Part shown: positions 1-16,810 of the stretch, in pieces
Layout of the letters: every line of letters begins with the position of its first letter
Numbering within the stretch: position 1 is the stretch's first letter
Assembly (NCBI RefSeq): GCF_009914755.1
Contig: NC_060926.1
Source: the human T2T-CHM13v2.0 reference genome, Homo sapiens
Direction: 5' to 3' (one strand)
Length of the DNA: 64,000 bases
Made by a program: the position numbers and the translations under genes
Notes under the pieces: generated by a model
Told to the model about the DNA's origin: nothing
Seen by the model: the letters and a program-made list of their open reading frames with translations, nothing else
The model's database searches: none

Positions 1-2711
1 CAGTAGAATCTTTTGCTGTAGGATTAAAGTTTTAAAAGTACATTTATTTGCATTTCATTTTTGTTATTATATTGTTTAATGCCTGGAAAAAGTCAGGAGC
101 ACAATTGTTTGTTTGTTTGTTCAATGGAAAAGTTGAATATTCAGTTGACTCCAGATGGAAAGAGAAAAAAGTATAGATCTTTTGATTTTAGAAATCCTTT
201 TTATATGTTTCGAAATACTAAATCCCAGTTCAGTGGAAGCCATAATCTCCATGTTAAAACTTTTTTTCTAAAATTAAAAACAGATAAGGAAAAAATATCA
301 GGGTTTAAGCAACAGATTATATGGAACAGTGACTGGAACCTCCTCTGCAGCTCATTCTACTTAGCAATGGAGACATGACTGGAGCCCAGGCATTGTACCA
401 TGGTCATCACAACCTCTGCGCACCACCTGCAAATGGGAAATACCAGCAATCTGGATGCATGCAGTTGTGCTTTTGGACTTCCCTCCTGTTTTTACAGGAC
501 ACTTCCATCTCTCTCCTCCCTTCCCCACCTCCACCACTTTATTCATTCTTCTCTTCAGCCCCCCACGCCTTCCCCACAGGACTATTAGGGTTTTGCTTGG
601 GATCAGGCCCTGCAGAGACAGCCCAAGTGCTAAGGATGCACCCACTGACCCCAGCTTTGTCAGAGCACTCTCAAGGGCAGCTCATGGGGGTCAGAGAACT
701 TCTTTGCATTCCAGCACTGCTCTTTGCCATTTGTATGACTTTACCCCTCCATTTACTCTTCTGAATACTGAAAAGATTTAACAGGAGCATCACGCAGGCA
801 CCTTCCATTTCTAACAGCTCTAGGTCCAATGCCTCTAAGAACAATAAGACTTGGAAGTGCAAAAGCATAAAGCTAATGATGGTGTTCCCAGGGCCAGATG
901 AATTCTAGGCCTTTGTTATTCCAGAGCAGAAGGAAAATCCCTGAAATAGAAGAAGGGATAGGAGACCTAAGCCACAATCTGGGATAACCATTCCAACAGT
1001 TCAGGGTGACTTGGAGAGGATGAAGCAAAAGACGCGAGACAGAGCAGGCAATTAGGCAGTTTGGAAAGTCTAAGAGATTGGCTTCGAAAAAATACTTCTA
1101 GTGCAAAGGGGGAAACTAGTGTGAGATGTTGCCAATTTAGATGAAGTGATACACGGAGTTTGAAGTGCCTTGCATTTGTTTACGCATCAAAGAAATGATA
1201 CCATGTATTTAGTGCCCAGCATTGGTGATGGTCCAGGAACACAGGTGCTTTCATAATAATGCCTCCTCACTCTCTAAGGACTATAACAAAATGCTATGAT
1301 TTCACAACACAGGGTCCTTTCCTGGCTGAAACATATGCAAATGCATCTGCATTAATATGAATACCAACTAACCAGAACAATGGCTAGAAAGGCATTTTCT
1401 AGCTGTTCTGAGCCTCATACTTGACGATACTTTAGGGATGGAAAGGTGGAAGTTATTATTGCAGCATAGTCAGTTCTGATGGGGCTGTGTTGATTTGTGA
1501 GTCAGCCCAGCAGGCTATCCTATACAAAGAAAACCTCCTGCCTACCTTTCTGGCACTAGAAGCCTCCAGTAGGCACAACTGTGCTAGAATATAATCACTA
1601 ATACTTGTGATTCCCTTATTATTTTCAGAACTACATAGAGACCACTTGAGTAGATGTTAAAGAGAAGAAATTATTAGTGACTCCTTGGCATCTATAAATC
1701 CAATATAGGAAATTTCAATAATTTAAGCTGTTTTTTTGCAAAACTGTCAAGTTGTGCTACATCAAGTTTAGAAGCCTTAATTCCCTTTCCAAAAGAAAAG
1801 AAATATATTTTTCTTGCAATCTACTTACTACGGTGAAGAAAAGAATAAAACTTCCCAATTCCCCACCTCCATTACCTGTCATTCACTCTAGCAATTAGAA
1901 ATAACACAAATGTTCAGTTATTTCTGTCAACCATTCCCACCTCTTGAGATGAGCTTGCACACAATTCTCTCTTAAATCAATTTACTTTACATTACAGAGC
2001 TGTTTTTCTTGGCACTGTAAAATTCATGGTGGAAGTTTCCCAAATAGCATGTCTTCTCACAAATCCCTTTGGCCGCGTTTATCATAACCTTACTAAACCC
2101 AATGGGTGAAAAATAACCTCTACTAAACTCCACATTAACATATGTGCATGCTGGGTAACCATATTGATGTATGGCTCATATGTAACACTTCAGAAAAATA
2201 ATGCAGCTGTATCTTTCCATAATAAACATCCAGGAATATGGAGAGAATTTCATTTCAATCAGTGTTGCCTTGAAAATCTCCCAAGGAGATTGATAACATG
2301 TAACTGAAGACTTTAAATTATTAATTGTTTTCATGGGCTAAAATAAAATGTGAAATCAGGATGAAAGCCCACAGTGAAGCCAAGCTTACAGGGCGTATTA
2401 CAAAATTATGAAAAACAGAAATACAGCATCAATAATTCAACACTATGGTAGATTAAGTGTGCCATCCATACCAGCAAGAAAAATCACACCCAGTTTCTGG
2501 CTTTTAGGATTTTAGGAAAGCAATTTATTCTTTTTTTAATTGGAAAAGACAGCAGGGATATGTCTATCTTCATCTTTCTCCTTTTGCCCTGGAAAGAAAG
2601 AGGACAAGGCAGAAGAAGCAGATAATGTACAAGACACTGAGGTGGTCATTTTTATCTTTCAAGAGGGCATTGGCTCTGTTAAAAGTCAGATAGAAAGACA
2701 AAAAAGTATAG

Positions 2712-3137
<426 letters not shown>

Positions 3138-3884
3138 TGAGAAGTGGTTAGCAAGGACCCCTTATGTATTAATACAAATATTAAATATAAATATGAACAT
3201 AAACATGTCTTCCTAAACATCCAACGCTGCTAGGTACTTATGTTCTTTCCCACTGTCTGATTACACTGTGGGTTGGGACCTGATGTCCTGTAGCAGCAAA
3301 GTCGAAAGCAGTGCAGCTTTGGTCTCCTACTAAACCAGCTACTTCTCTACTGAGGGCTTCACCATAATTCCCCCAGCACTAAACAGTGCCAGGGCCCAGA
3401 AACCACTTTCTTCCTTCTTCTGTGGACAAAGCCACAGAGAGCAAGCGGGTTAGAGACACAGTGAAAGTAATTTCTTCCACCCACAGCTGGTGCATGCTGG
3501 CTGAATATCTGTACACGAGTTTTGTATCGACATGCAGCACAGCTGGGCTCTGGGCCCCTTCTGAACTGACAGTCTTGGTGATCTCACTGCCTTCACTCAT
3601 CAGCCCTGTTCATGCTGCAAGGTCAGTAGCCTCATGCTCCCTAGAATTAGAAATTCTGCCCTAGCCTCTTCTTGGTTTATATATGCCTCAGACATGTTCT
3701 ACACCATCTCCAAAATTGTAAACTCATTTTAAGGCAGAATTCTACCAGAGCCACTGGCATTATATTCTCATTAAATGAATGCTGAATACATGGCTACAGC
3801 CCCTTCAGAAGGCTTAGATCTATTATCTTATTTTGTTGCAGTGATATGGGAAACTCGAGGGACCACAATCAGAGGGTGATTGGT

Positions 3885-3975
3885 AGTGGTTTACCCTCTC
3901 TGATTTCAGTTTCTGCCTCTGTAACATGGAGGAGGTTGAACTGGATACTTCCCAGGTCCTTCCTGAGCTATAGTC
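3885..3975 (+). mobile_element. MIR fragment
   Basis: ccctctctgatttcagtttctgcctctgtaacatggaggaggttgaactggat resembles the MIR core. Confidence 0.55.
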
Positions 3976-5297
3976 CTAGTTACTATGCCCAGAGGCATTC
4001 TGGAATGATTTGGGTCCCTGTGATGAGAGGCCAGAGAGCCAAGAGCATATTTTTCCAATGGGTTAAAGAAATTCTATATAGTAGATGTATTTCTGTATCC
4101 ATCCATACAGCACTTACTATGGACCCATGTTCCAAGTACCTAACAAAATTTAACCTACTTATATTTTTATTTGCAGACGCCGAAGATCCAAGGGATGAAA
4201 GTAAAAGCCAGAAATCATATCCAGCTGGTTCTCTTTCACCTAAATGGACTTTTAAGGGGTTCAAATTTGAATGACACTGGATGAAATCCAGCCGTCCAGT
4301 AGAGCCCATTCCCCACCACCCGGTAATCATTCCCTGCCCGGTTCCTGTGTGTGTCTGTGATGAGAAAGTATCTGCTGGGCACCTGGAAAGGAGTAGTGTA
4401 GGAGGATCTGACACAGTTTCTTACTAATAACTGGAGTATTTTCTTATTTTGCTTAGTAATATGGGAAATGAAACAATAAGGAGAATAAGGGATGGTGCTG
4501 TGGACAGTGACCAGGTCCAGAGACCAGGTTGAGACCAGCTAGGGAGACCAGAGTTTCAACAAAGTATGCTCAGAAGTCATGTGCCTGATCAGTTTCTGTT
4601 TTTTACATAATATAATGAAAATATAAGGGACAACAGCTACAAAAAGAGAAGTTCCAATGTCAGCCACAGAACAGAAGTGAAGTCACTGTGAAGGAAATAG
4701 TACAGAGTTTATTCAATGCTATAGAAGACATTAAGCATGATGACTTTAAGGAAGGTATGAATATCATTCATGAATGAGGGGATTGGCCAGGAGTGTGTAA
4801 ATGGCACCCACCAATGAGGAGGTGGAAGACTGCATACCTTCTATTATGCATTGAAATGGGATGTTACAAAGGGTTATAAAAGAGTGCTGATTTGCAAGAA
4901 TTAACAGGGAGCTAGGATAGTGCTAACCCTTCTTTTGACCCCTGTAGTTCATGGCAAATAGAAGAAAGAACAACCTTCTAATGAAGAGCTGGTATCAGTC
5001 ACTTATAACTCAGTATAGACTGTAGAGACTGTATTTCTTCTCTGAAGATATTTGCAAATTAAATTTAAGCCCTCTTTAGACCATGAAAGCTGGTAGGTTG
5101 TCTGTTGTGAATGGCAGCAAACCTGAAAGTACGTCACTTGCACAATTCTGGAGACTACCTTCCTGTTGGCCTCCAGAGCACTCTGGCCTCGTTTTCTTCA
5201 CATCCTTGGAGCCTTTCCTGCTCACTCTATTTTGGATAATTCTCTTCTTTCTCCCACAGCCGAATGTTGGGCTTTTCCAGAGATTTGCCACAGCTTT

Positions 5298-5930
5298 GTT
5301 GTCAGTAGCCCAGTACAGGTTTTTGTCTTTGCAGTGCAAAAGAATTTGAAAGTGAGACTACAGTGAAAGTACAGAAGCTTTAATGTGGAGCAAAAGCAAG
5401 CATACACTCAGGAGTATGTGCATGTGTGCTCAAAAGAATGAGATATGCACAACATGGTCAGGGCTCAAATACTATATGGGTAAGCATAATGAAGTCACAG
5501 AGTATTCTATAATAAGGGGAAGGATTTTCTGGGAAATGGGTAGGCAATTCCCAGAATCAGGGGGTGCCACCCTTTTCTTGACTAAATGTGGTAAATCTGG
5601 TCATGGCATCAGGTGCATGATAAAAGTGAGAGGCTTCCCCATGGAAATTTTATGGTAATAGTGTCATACATTTTCTGATAAAAGGGTCAGCAGTAGATCA
5701 AGATTTTGGCCATTTTTAATTTAACCAGTTGTGGTCAGTTTCATCTTTGCTACAATCTTACTTGTGCCTAAAGCACGATGACAGCAATCTCTCTACATTG
5801 TTACAACCTGTTGTAACAGTTCCTTTCTACTAGAGGGAAGGTCCCTGTGCTAACCAGTTTGGCCCAGTTTGTTTTGCTTTTAGCCACCTGTAAGTAATTA
5901 TGCCTGTTCCCCCCGCTAACTGCTTGCCAC
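5298..5930 (-). mobile_element. ERV1-class solo LTR, old, family uncertain
   Basis: Starts tgttgtcagtagcccagtacaggtttttgtctttgcagtgcaaaagaatttg, similar to reverse-oriented MER4-group LTR ends. Confidence 0.45.
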
Positions 5931-5949
5931 AGCTTTCTATTCCTACTCC

Positions 5950-6970
5950 AGCCTGGGTGGTATCATCTATTCCTGTGGCTTCACTCATGTGCCAATGACA
6001 TCCAGAGGCATCTATGATCCATAGTTCTCCAGACCCATGTGTCCAGCATCACCATATAAATTCTTTATTTTGTATTTTTTTTTCTGGAGGATACATCCCC
6101 AAAGTTATAGAAACTTCTGAGCCCACAAAACCTGAATCAACTCTTTCTCTCCTTAGTGCTGGTCTCCCTCCCATGCAGCAAATCACTCCTTCCTATTAAT
6201 CTTATTCCCCAAATATCTCTCAAATACAAGAGGAATTCATCTCTGTGGCTACTGCTGTATGTCAGGCTCTCATAATTCCTCCTAGAGTAGCTGCTAAAAG
6301 CCCAAAACCTGAGTCTCCATACCTCATCCTGCTCCCTTCAATTCCATTCTCCACACCAAAGGTACTGTGAGTTTTCTGAAATTGAAATCTACCCATATCA
6401 TTCCTCTAATAAAAATTACTTAATCCTTTTGGTCTTCAATATTGAATTTAATGCCTTGGCATAAAATACAAGGCCTTTGATGATCCAGGCATCGTCCATC
6501 TCTTGCTGCTTTATACACACCAGAAAACCTCAATTACTTGTAGTTCTCTAAACATACCACATCCTCTCACACCTCCAGGCAGTGCTTATGCTGGCCTTAC
6601 CTGGTGCATCCTCACCCTCCCTGAACTGAACATGCCATCTTCCGAGTCCTGTGGCCCTACTCGTCCTTCAATGACTCAGCTCAGACACCAAACCCTTCTG
6701 AAAGCTTACCCCACTTCCCCACCTCCTAACACAAGCACCCTCTATCTGAAAGTATGTGCATTTTCTTAACTCTTATTATATCTTGAACATGTTTTAATAG
6801 CATTTATGCCATTCTGTGTAATTGTCTGCTTATCTGTCCACTCCCCCATAGCACTGTGATCTTATGGGAAGCAACCTTTTTCTTTTGTGCATCTTCAGCA
6901 CATGACAAATTTTGGGAAGCAGTTTGGAACTTTACAAATGTCAATTGAATGGACTAAATGGAGAGAAATG
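5950..6970 (+). mobile_element. L2 LINE fragment
   Basis: Pyrimidine-rich L2 3' motifs (ccattctccacacc, catatcattcctct, aaggcctttgatgatc) ending near tgaatggactaaatg. Confidence 0.6.
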
Positions 6971-7354
6971 GATGGAGAAAGATGCAAGTCACATGGTGTC
7001 TCTTCAAACTTTTCGCTTAATTCATCTTTTTTATAAATACAAGGATGACTCTTACCTGTTGTAACAGTGTCTGGAGGGATTCAATGCTTAGTGGATGGCA
7101 GAGAACATTCTAGTAGTTATCCCAGATGCTGGCATTGTAGTCTTCTATAGGACCAAAAGTGGCATTAGTACATACATCTTTTTGCAAGGTCAAATACCCT
7201 ACTTTAGCAAGGATGAAATTCCACACAACAATTTACTCTTAAAAAGTGCAAACATGGAGTCTGTTCAGGCCAGTTATTCTGGAAAATCACACTTCTTTTC
7301 AGGAAAGAAGGGAGGAAAAGAGGAGTAACCAGCCAGATTGAGTAGTATAATATC

Positions 7355-7589
7355 ATATTAGCTACTGGCTATTGAGGACTTGAAATGCTAGTCATCTGAA
7401 TGCAAAATATTTCATTAAAAATTGTATTATTGATTACATGTGGAATTTTTAATATTTTTGATATATTGGGTTAAAGGAAATACTTTATTAAAAGTAATTT
7501 CACCTTTTATGTTACTTATTTCAATGTTACTTCTTAAAACTTTAAAAATATATATGTAGCTCCCAATATATTTCTATAGAATAGTGCTG
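7355..7589 (-). mobile_element. MER33/MER3-like hAT-Charlie DNA transposon
   Basis: atattgggttaaa...tatatgtagctcccaatatatttctatagaatagtgctg matches the reverse of the MER33 5' end. Confidence 0.7.
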
Positions 7590-8158
7590 ATTTAGGAGCT
7601 AGAAAACATACTTTTGCTACCATGCTATTTCTATCTTTGGTAGCAAAGCTTTGGAGTTCATGACAATGCATTCTTCTTCATTCAAAGAAGCCTTATTCTG
7701 TTCACTTTTCCAATTGAACTCAACCAAAATGTAGTTATTCAAAACAGTGCCATCTACTGAGAGAAAACAGTAACAGCTTTGAAAGTAACTGCTATTTTGA
7801 GTCCCGGCATGGGAATTTCTCTCCTACTCCTATTTACGATTAAACAAAAATACAGCAAACCCAGAGTAAGATCATTGTATCAGCTGCCACATTTCAACCT
7901 CTGATGGTTGCATACATGCATCTGCCTTCTTTTTATGTCTCTTTATTTTAAATAGCACAGGACAGCAGAAGGCATGGCCAGTCCCCAGCTCAGACCACCT
8001 GGGCAGGCTGCATGCCTGGTTGATGATGAAGGGAGAGATGGTGTTCCCAAGCATTTTCTGTAAGAGGCGCTAATCCTTAGTTGTGCTTTCTCTGTCCTGA
8101 GCAGATCCTCCTTTGGGGCATTATAGTGCTTGGAGCCTGCCTCTCTGGCTTAAGATAA

Positions 8159-8592
8159 TTTTTTTTTATTATACTTTAAGTTTTAGGGTACATGTGCACA
8201 ATGTGTAGGTTAGTTACATATGTATACGTATGCCATGCTGGTGTGCTGCACCCATTAAGTCGTCATTTAGTATTAGGTATATCTCCTAAAGCTATCCCTC
8301 CCCCCTCCCCCCACCCCACAACAGTCCCCAGAGTGTGATGTTCCCCTTCCTGTGTCCATGTGCTCTCATTGTTCAATTCCCACCTATGAGTGAGAACATG
8401 CGGTGTTTGGTTTTTTGTTCTTGTGATAGTTTACTAAGAATGATGATTTCCAATTTCATCCATGTCCCTACAAAGGACATGAACTCATCATTTTTTATGG
8501 CTGCATAGTATTCCATGGTGTATATGTGCCACATTTTCTTAATCCAGTCTATCATTGTTGGACATTTGGGTTGGTTCCAAGTCTTTGCTATT
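8159..8592 (-). mobile_element. 5'-truncated L1PA3-like LINE-1 (ORF2 C-terminus + 3'UTR)
   Basis: Poly(T) at 8159; ORF2 end [10 protein letters not shown]...SLIGGN; G-rich 3'UTR; no TSD found. Confidence 0.95.
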
Positions 8593-9219
8593 AACACTTC
8601 CAAGTGAAGTCTCCAAATCAATTTTTACTCTTGAACACATTCTAAACATCTTTAACCTTAACTGCCATTTCTTAATGACCCCTTTGGAGCCTTTCCTATA
8701 GCACATTAGTGGCATCTGCCCTGGAGGGCAGGGGGACAGAGGAATAGGGAACAAGGCGGTCCTTAGAGATATTTTGAGACTACCCACCTTCCTCCTCAAG
8801 CACATTCAAAACAATACTTAAAACAGAAGACCCTACATCACTCTTTGGAAATATATTTTCAGAAATTGCATCACCTTTTAATTTTTCAGTGGCAAAACAC
8901 TTTCTATTGACAACATTCCATATCTTAAAGGAGAATTACTAGTTAAGAACAACCAGATTGGTCTTGTTAATAAAAAATTAATGCTAGCCATCTTGGCTAA
9001 TTATATATGGATACCTGTGTGTGTATATGTATGTGTGCAAACATGGCTGTGCATACACACGTACACACACACTCCTTTGCCCTCCCATCAACATGAAGCA
9101 TTTCATCTGTGAAATGGGATTACAGATGATTTTGCTAATTCCCATCTTCATAAATTTCTACATTTCTAAATTTTCCACAATTAACGTGATTAACGTGTAT
9201 TATGTTTGCAATTTTAAAA

Positions 9220-9352
9220 AATAAAAAAATAAAGTAGAAAAAAGAAAGGAAAAACAGAAGGAAGAAGTAGGGAGGGAAGAATGAGAGAGAGGTGGAGCAG
9301 AGACAGAGAGAGGAACAGATAGAAAGAGGGAAGGAGGAAAAGAGAGAGAGCA
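9220..9352. repeat. GA-rich low-complexity tract
   Basis: Purine-rich run aaaagaaaggaaaaacagaagg...agagagagag. Confidence 0.8.
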
Positions 9353-12269
9353 CACTCAGCGAACTGCTAGCTCAAGCCTACACTAGTCAGAACGGGAAGT
9401 TAGTCACCCTAAAGCCCTTCTCTCAGACAGCTTAGAGGAAGCATTTAGGAAAATTCTGTAATGCACTCACATGCCATGCATCTGCTCTCTTATATCATCA
9501 CTAAAGACATTCTCCCCAGAAGGAATGGGTATTAGTGTACGCAGAAAAGATTATTATTTTTCTTTATACTCATTCAAAACAAAGGCTGTTTAGTTGCTTC
9601 TACTATTGCCAAACATAAGGTCTAGCCAGAAGCTCTTTGTTTTTTGGCATTGATTTTAATGCTGCCTCTCCAGCTCAGCCTTTGGACGCCCAAAGGTAAT
9701 AATTTTTTTAAAGACAACCACAAAATTAATATCCGAGCTCTGCATGGTTTCTTCCTACAAGGAGACATACAGGGATGGTTATATGGTCAATGAAAATCAA
9801 TACTTTCAAGAATGATATTGACCTGCTAACAAGTGAACAGAATTTCTAGGAGAAAGCAGGGTGCTCTCAAAATTCAAGCTGTATGCATGTGTTTCAGGTT
9901 TTTAAAAATGCACTTTATGTTAGAATCCTTACCAGGCACTATGACCTGCTGCCTCTGGACTAGCTACATCAATATGAAGGACAAATTTACATCCCAAGGA
10001 ATGGCCAGTGACAGTCTCTCCAAACCCAGGATCAGACCTGTGGAATGAGCACCAATTTATGCTGATTGATGGCCTTTTGTCACTCTGTCTTAGAGGTTGT
10101 GACCATTTGAAACTTCAAAATGGATGAAGTCAAACAGAACAGGCGCTCCTGCTCAATGAAGCAGAGAGACAGGACCAAGAAGCCAACCATTCTGTCAAAA
10201 AAGAAAATGTTCTGCCCAGAATAATCCATCAGGGTTTCAAACCTTCTGACACTTTTCATATCCAATGCATACAAAAATATCTATGATGAATGCAGACAAA
10301 ACAACTGATTGTGTTTCTTTTACATTAGTACATAAAACTTTAAAAAATAAATAATCCATGCAATCTTTTAACTCAGTAAGTACACTTGCAGGTAATTTTA
10401 CTTCAAAGTATTTATTATAAATACATAGAATTTTTTTCTAAAATTAAGGGGCTTGATAGACTACTGTTTACAATTTTTTAAAATAGGAAATTGGTTATAA
10501 ATTATGACTAGTTAAAATAATGTAACAACATGAAATCACTAAAGATTACATTGTAGATTATTTAAAATATATTCAAATAATATAGTAATTTTAAAAAATT
10601 CCAAATTGATATCAATGTTATATCACATATATGTATCAACATATGTAAGATATATAGATTTTATAACATATAGACATAGAAATATATATATGTAAACTAT
10701 ATGTACATCAAGAAAAAAAAGCACTGACATAATACATACAAAAATGTTAATAATGAACATCCCAATAGTGGAATTACAGATGATGTTTTAGTTTTCCTAT
10801 ATATCTAGATTCCCCAAAATTACCAAGTTAACATATAATGTTTATATATGTAAAAATGTTCATAATTATAGTCTGTTAATTTCTGTTTCAGTATATACTT
10901 CTATTTATTGGAGATCAGTATCTCTACTAAGGTCTAAGAAATACCATATGTAAACATATTTCTTATTGTAACAAGACTTTCCATGCCGAGGGTGGCCCGA
11001 CCACCAAAGGGTTGTGGACTCATGCCCTTGTATAAATAAAATATTAACAGAGCTCTGCTTGGGGTTACAAAGCTGGTAAGGAAGGACACCTGTAATACTT
11101 TAACAGTATCAAAGAGAAGAGTTTATGAACATTACAATGCTCAAACAGATTTACACTATCAGTTACCATTAACAAGCAAATATCTCTTAATCACAATTGT
11201 ATTAAGCATGAAAATTGGATACTTCCAGGAATATGATTTCCAGAAGGCATGAATTTAAAGAGATAGAAAAAAGAAGTAATTTAAGCATGGAGTTGTAAAC
11301 TCCCTCAACACATCTGTCTTTACCCCTTCATCCCAGTCGGCATGGCAGAAACAGAAATGCATAAAAATGCCTAGATTAATGTTTTCTCAATATAACGGGG
11401 ATGGGGGGAATTGGAAAGTTTACAGCTGTGGGAGCAATGCCTACCTTCAGTTACGTCCAGGAAGCAATAAGATTTTCCTTGGTCAAAGAGTAACTTTACA
11501 AGTCTTGGACAAATTCCAAATAAAGTTTTGTTTCATGTTTCACTGATGAGAATTATAATGTATGAGCCTCTGAAATGTAAACTTGGGATGTTGTATATTG
11601 ACTCTGATTTTTTAATGGATTGCTGGTTATTCTCCATTTGCATAGTTCCATTCTAGACCATTTGCCAATCTTTTCTATCTTTCTGTATTTCCTGAGAGGC
11701 TGATCTACACAAAGGACATCACTAGGGCTCCCTTGCTGATTGATTTCCAATTGGTTTCAGCCAGCGAGCAATCACCAAAAGACCAGAAGCCAGAAGACAG
11801 AGAGTAGGGCATTCTTTCCTGCTTCCTCCTGTACCATGCCTCTGGTAGCAGCCATGACCTTTCACAACTGCAGCTGCCTCCAGGTGGCCCTTCTTCCATG
11901 GCTTCAGCTCCCACAGCAATTCCTCATGCCCCTCTGCTTTAGGGTTGTCAATCACTTATTCCCCTACGAGTCTCTAGGTGTCTAATCACTGCTCCAGGGA
12001 ATGGAAGATCTTGCTAATTAATACCCCTAAATATTATTTATAATTATATGCATATATGTATACATATTTTAACATAGTATATATTACTGATATATAAGAT
12101 ATTAATATCTTATATAAATCATGTAATGTATATTCTATAAATGTGAAAAGAATTATGGAAAATATTCTCAAGGAAGACACTGTATATGTATACGTGTGTG
12201 TGTGTGTATCTATATATGCATAGAGAGAAAGAAAGAGAAAGATGGATGTACTACCTCAAAAATTTGGGA

Positions 12270-14280
<2,011 letters not shown>

Positions 14281-16559
14281 GGACATATTTATAGTTGAAC
14301 TCCACAGGAATAGAGATGGCAGCTATTATCAGGAGTATAGCTTGTGCAACTATCCTGAGACAGAAAAGAACTTGACTTGTACTAGGAATGGAGAAAAAAA
14401 ACAGGGTGACCATAAAGTAGGTAGCAGAAAGGAAGGTGAGTATGTGATGAAGTTGAAGGGTTAGGATAAACCTGGATCCCAGGCCTCACAAGCTGCAGTA
14501 AAGACTTTTAATTTGATTCCAAGTGCAGCTGCAGAGTTCTAAACCGGGAGTGGGAGCAAGTGGGTCTGGTGCAATTTGATTTGTGTTTGTAAACAGTGAG
14601 TCTAGCTACAAAGAGAAGGATTGAAAGAAAAGATTAGGAAGATTAGAGGCACTAATTTGACAGAGGAAATAAAGGACATAATACTAGATTTGGTGTGTTG
14701 CCTTATTTATTGGTAAATTGTATAGGTGTGCTGCTACCATTAGCTAAAGTCTCAAGATAAGATATACTTTGAGCGGGAAGTATCAACAATAATGGATGTA
14801 ACTAACCTTGCATTTCTAATTTATTAGAATGGCATCTTGTCAGAACTAACGAAACTGTCATTAATTTTACCATGAGATGGCTGACATGGAACTCATACCA
14901 AGAGTATAAGGGTCAATTTGACTACTTTCTTATCTTTTGCTTGTGCTTCAATTACCAATATTCAACTATGTTTTGCTTGTTTGTTTTTGCAGGACTTTTT
15001 AAGTTGTTGTCTACTTTTTTAGGTTAGTTTAGGTAAAGGTGGTTACTATAACTCGCAAATCCATTTGGCTGATTCCAAAAAATCTTCCATAAGTCACTAT
15101 TCACCAAAAGCAAATGGCATGACAGCTATGACAGCCCTACCAACATAAAGGCCATGAGGAAGAATACCAGCATTAAAGATAATAATGGCTAAGTTAGTTT
15201 TGCTGAAACAAAAATAAATGGAAATGAAAATTTCAATATATTCTTCCTCCAACTCTATGAATCTCCCATGCCCTGAAGTGTGCACACCCTGCTTTGGAGA
15301 AGACTGACTTAAACCAGAGGGATATTCAGTGGTAGGAAGTTAAGGAGAGTTTAGAATATTGAGCAGAGATGGGTTCCATTTCCAGACCTCCTGGGAAAAA
15401 CCCAGGAGCACTGGATAAACTAAGTAATAAACTCCCTTCATCAATTATCCTAAATCTTTCCCAATTCCTCAAAGTTTAGGGGATAAAATCAAGAGCCTGC
15501 TTTCCATCTTTTTTTATACCAGGTGGCAACATAAATCCAGCTAAAGCAAAACACCTAGTAAGATGCTCAGCTCACAATTCTTTGGGCCTCACAGCAGCAT
15601 TTGAGGGAGAAAGGGGCACAATCCTACCTCCTCAGAGTTATCCAGCTAATGGGAAGGTGGATTATTAGCTGGACTTGAGAAGTTGTAAAGTAAAACACTA
15701 GAAAGCTAAATTTAAGTGAATAAACATTCTCCCACACTCAGTCTTTGTATTCAAAGACAGAGACACTAGATAACCTACACTCTGAGGCAATTGGTTTCTG
15801 ATAGCAAACAGTAGTTGCCATTTTTGAGTGCCTCTTCGGTAACAAATTGTGGGCTCTACACCTTAGGTGTACAGACTAATTCTCACTACACCTCTGCAAG
15901 TCATATTCATCTCATTTTCTGCAGAAAGAAGGTTGAAGTGAAATGGTCTAAGGTCATTATTTTGTCCAAAACATATTTATGAATGTCTACTAGTTGACAA
16001 TACTTACTCACTTATTTATTATTTTAAAAAGTAATATCAAGTGTATCTGTTGGCAACCATTATAAATCCAAGCAGAGATTGATTTGATGAACAACCTGCC
16101 ATCACACAGAAATAAACAGCAGGGAGTCAAACTGGAACTGAGCTTTCTATTCCCTCTGGACCATTAGTCACACTTTCTACAAAATAATTATTGATGGAAT
16201 CAGAAGTTTTGTATTATCTTTCTTAGCACAGTCTCAGTATTCAGCCACATTCTCTATTTCTTCACTTGAAAAGGCCAGAACATTAGAAGACTAGATGGTT
16301 CTTGGACAAATGTTGTGAAAATCACCACACACTGGAACCAAAGGCAAGACATAGAAAAACACAAGACACCAGAAGTGTGTGCAAGGCACTGTGAAAAGCA
16401 GTGCAGGGATTGCAAATGGCCACACAGACCAGCCTTCCACTTGCTGGCCCTATGACCTTACGAAGGCTTCTCTTCTTTCTCAACCTTGTTTTCTCATATA
16501 GAGGAAATAATCACACATAATTTAGCAGTGACATCAGGTTTAAAGAAATGAAAAAACAG

Positions 16560-16810
16560 CCGCATATAGAGGTTAAGAGAGTGCTCTGGAGACAAACATG
16601 TTGGACTTCTATCCTGAGCATTGCTCCCTACCCCTGTGATCCTGGGTTAGTTAACCTTATCCTTCTGTTTAAGTTCCTTAATCTATAAAATGGGTAATGA
16701 CATTACTCACCTTTAAGGTTGCATTGAGGATTACATGAGTAGACACGTGAAAACTCCTACTGCAGTGCTTACCACATTGCTAATGTTCAGTAAATGTCAG
16801 CTGTGATTAT
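16560..16810 (+). mobile_element. MIR, near full length
   Basis: ggttaagagagtgctctggag...ctataaaatgggtaatg...gttgcattgaggattacatgag...tcagtaaatgtcagct. Confidence 0.75.

Noticed and set aside
61-868. Cluster of overlapping 60-130 aa ORFs
   Set aside because: No recognisable domains, overlapping on both strands, no exon structure; chance ORFs.
8373-8805. Near-identical chimeric ORFs at 8373-8805 and 52018-52402 as duplicated genes
   Set aside because: By-products of the duplicated flank/L1 junction; no evidence of coding function.
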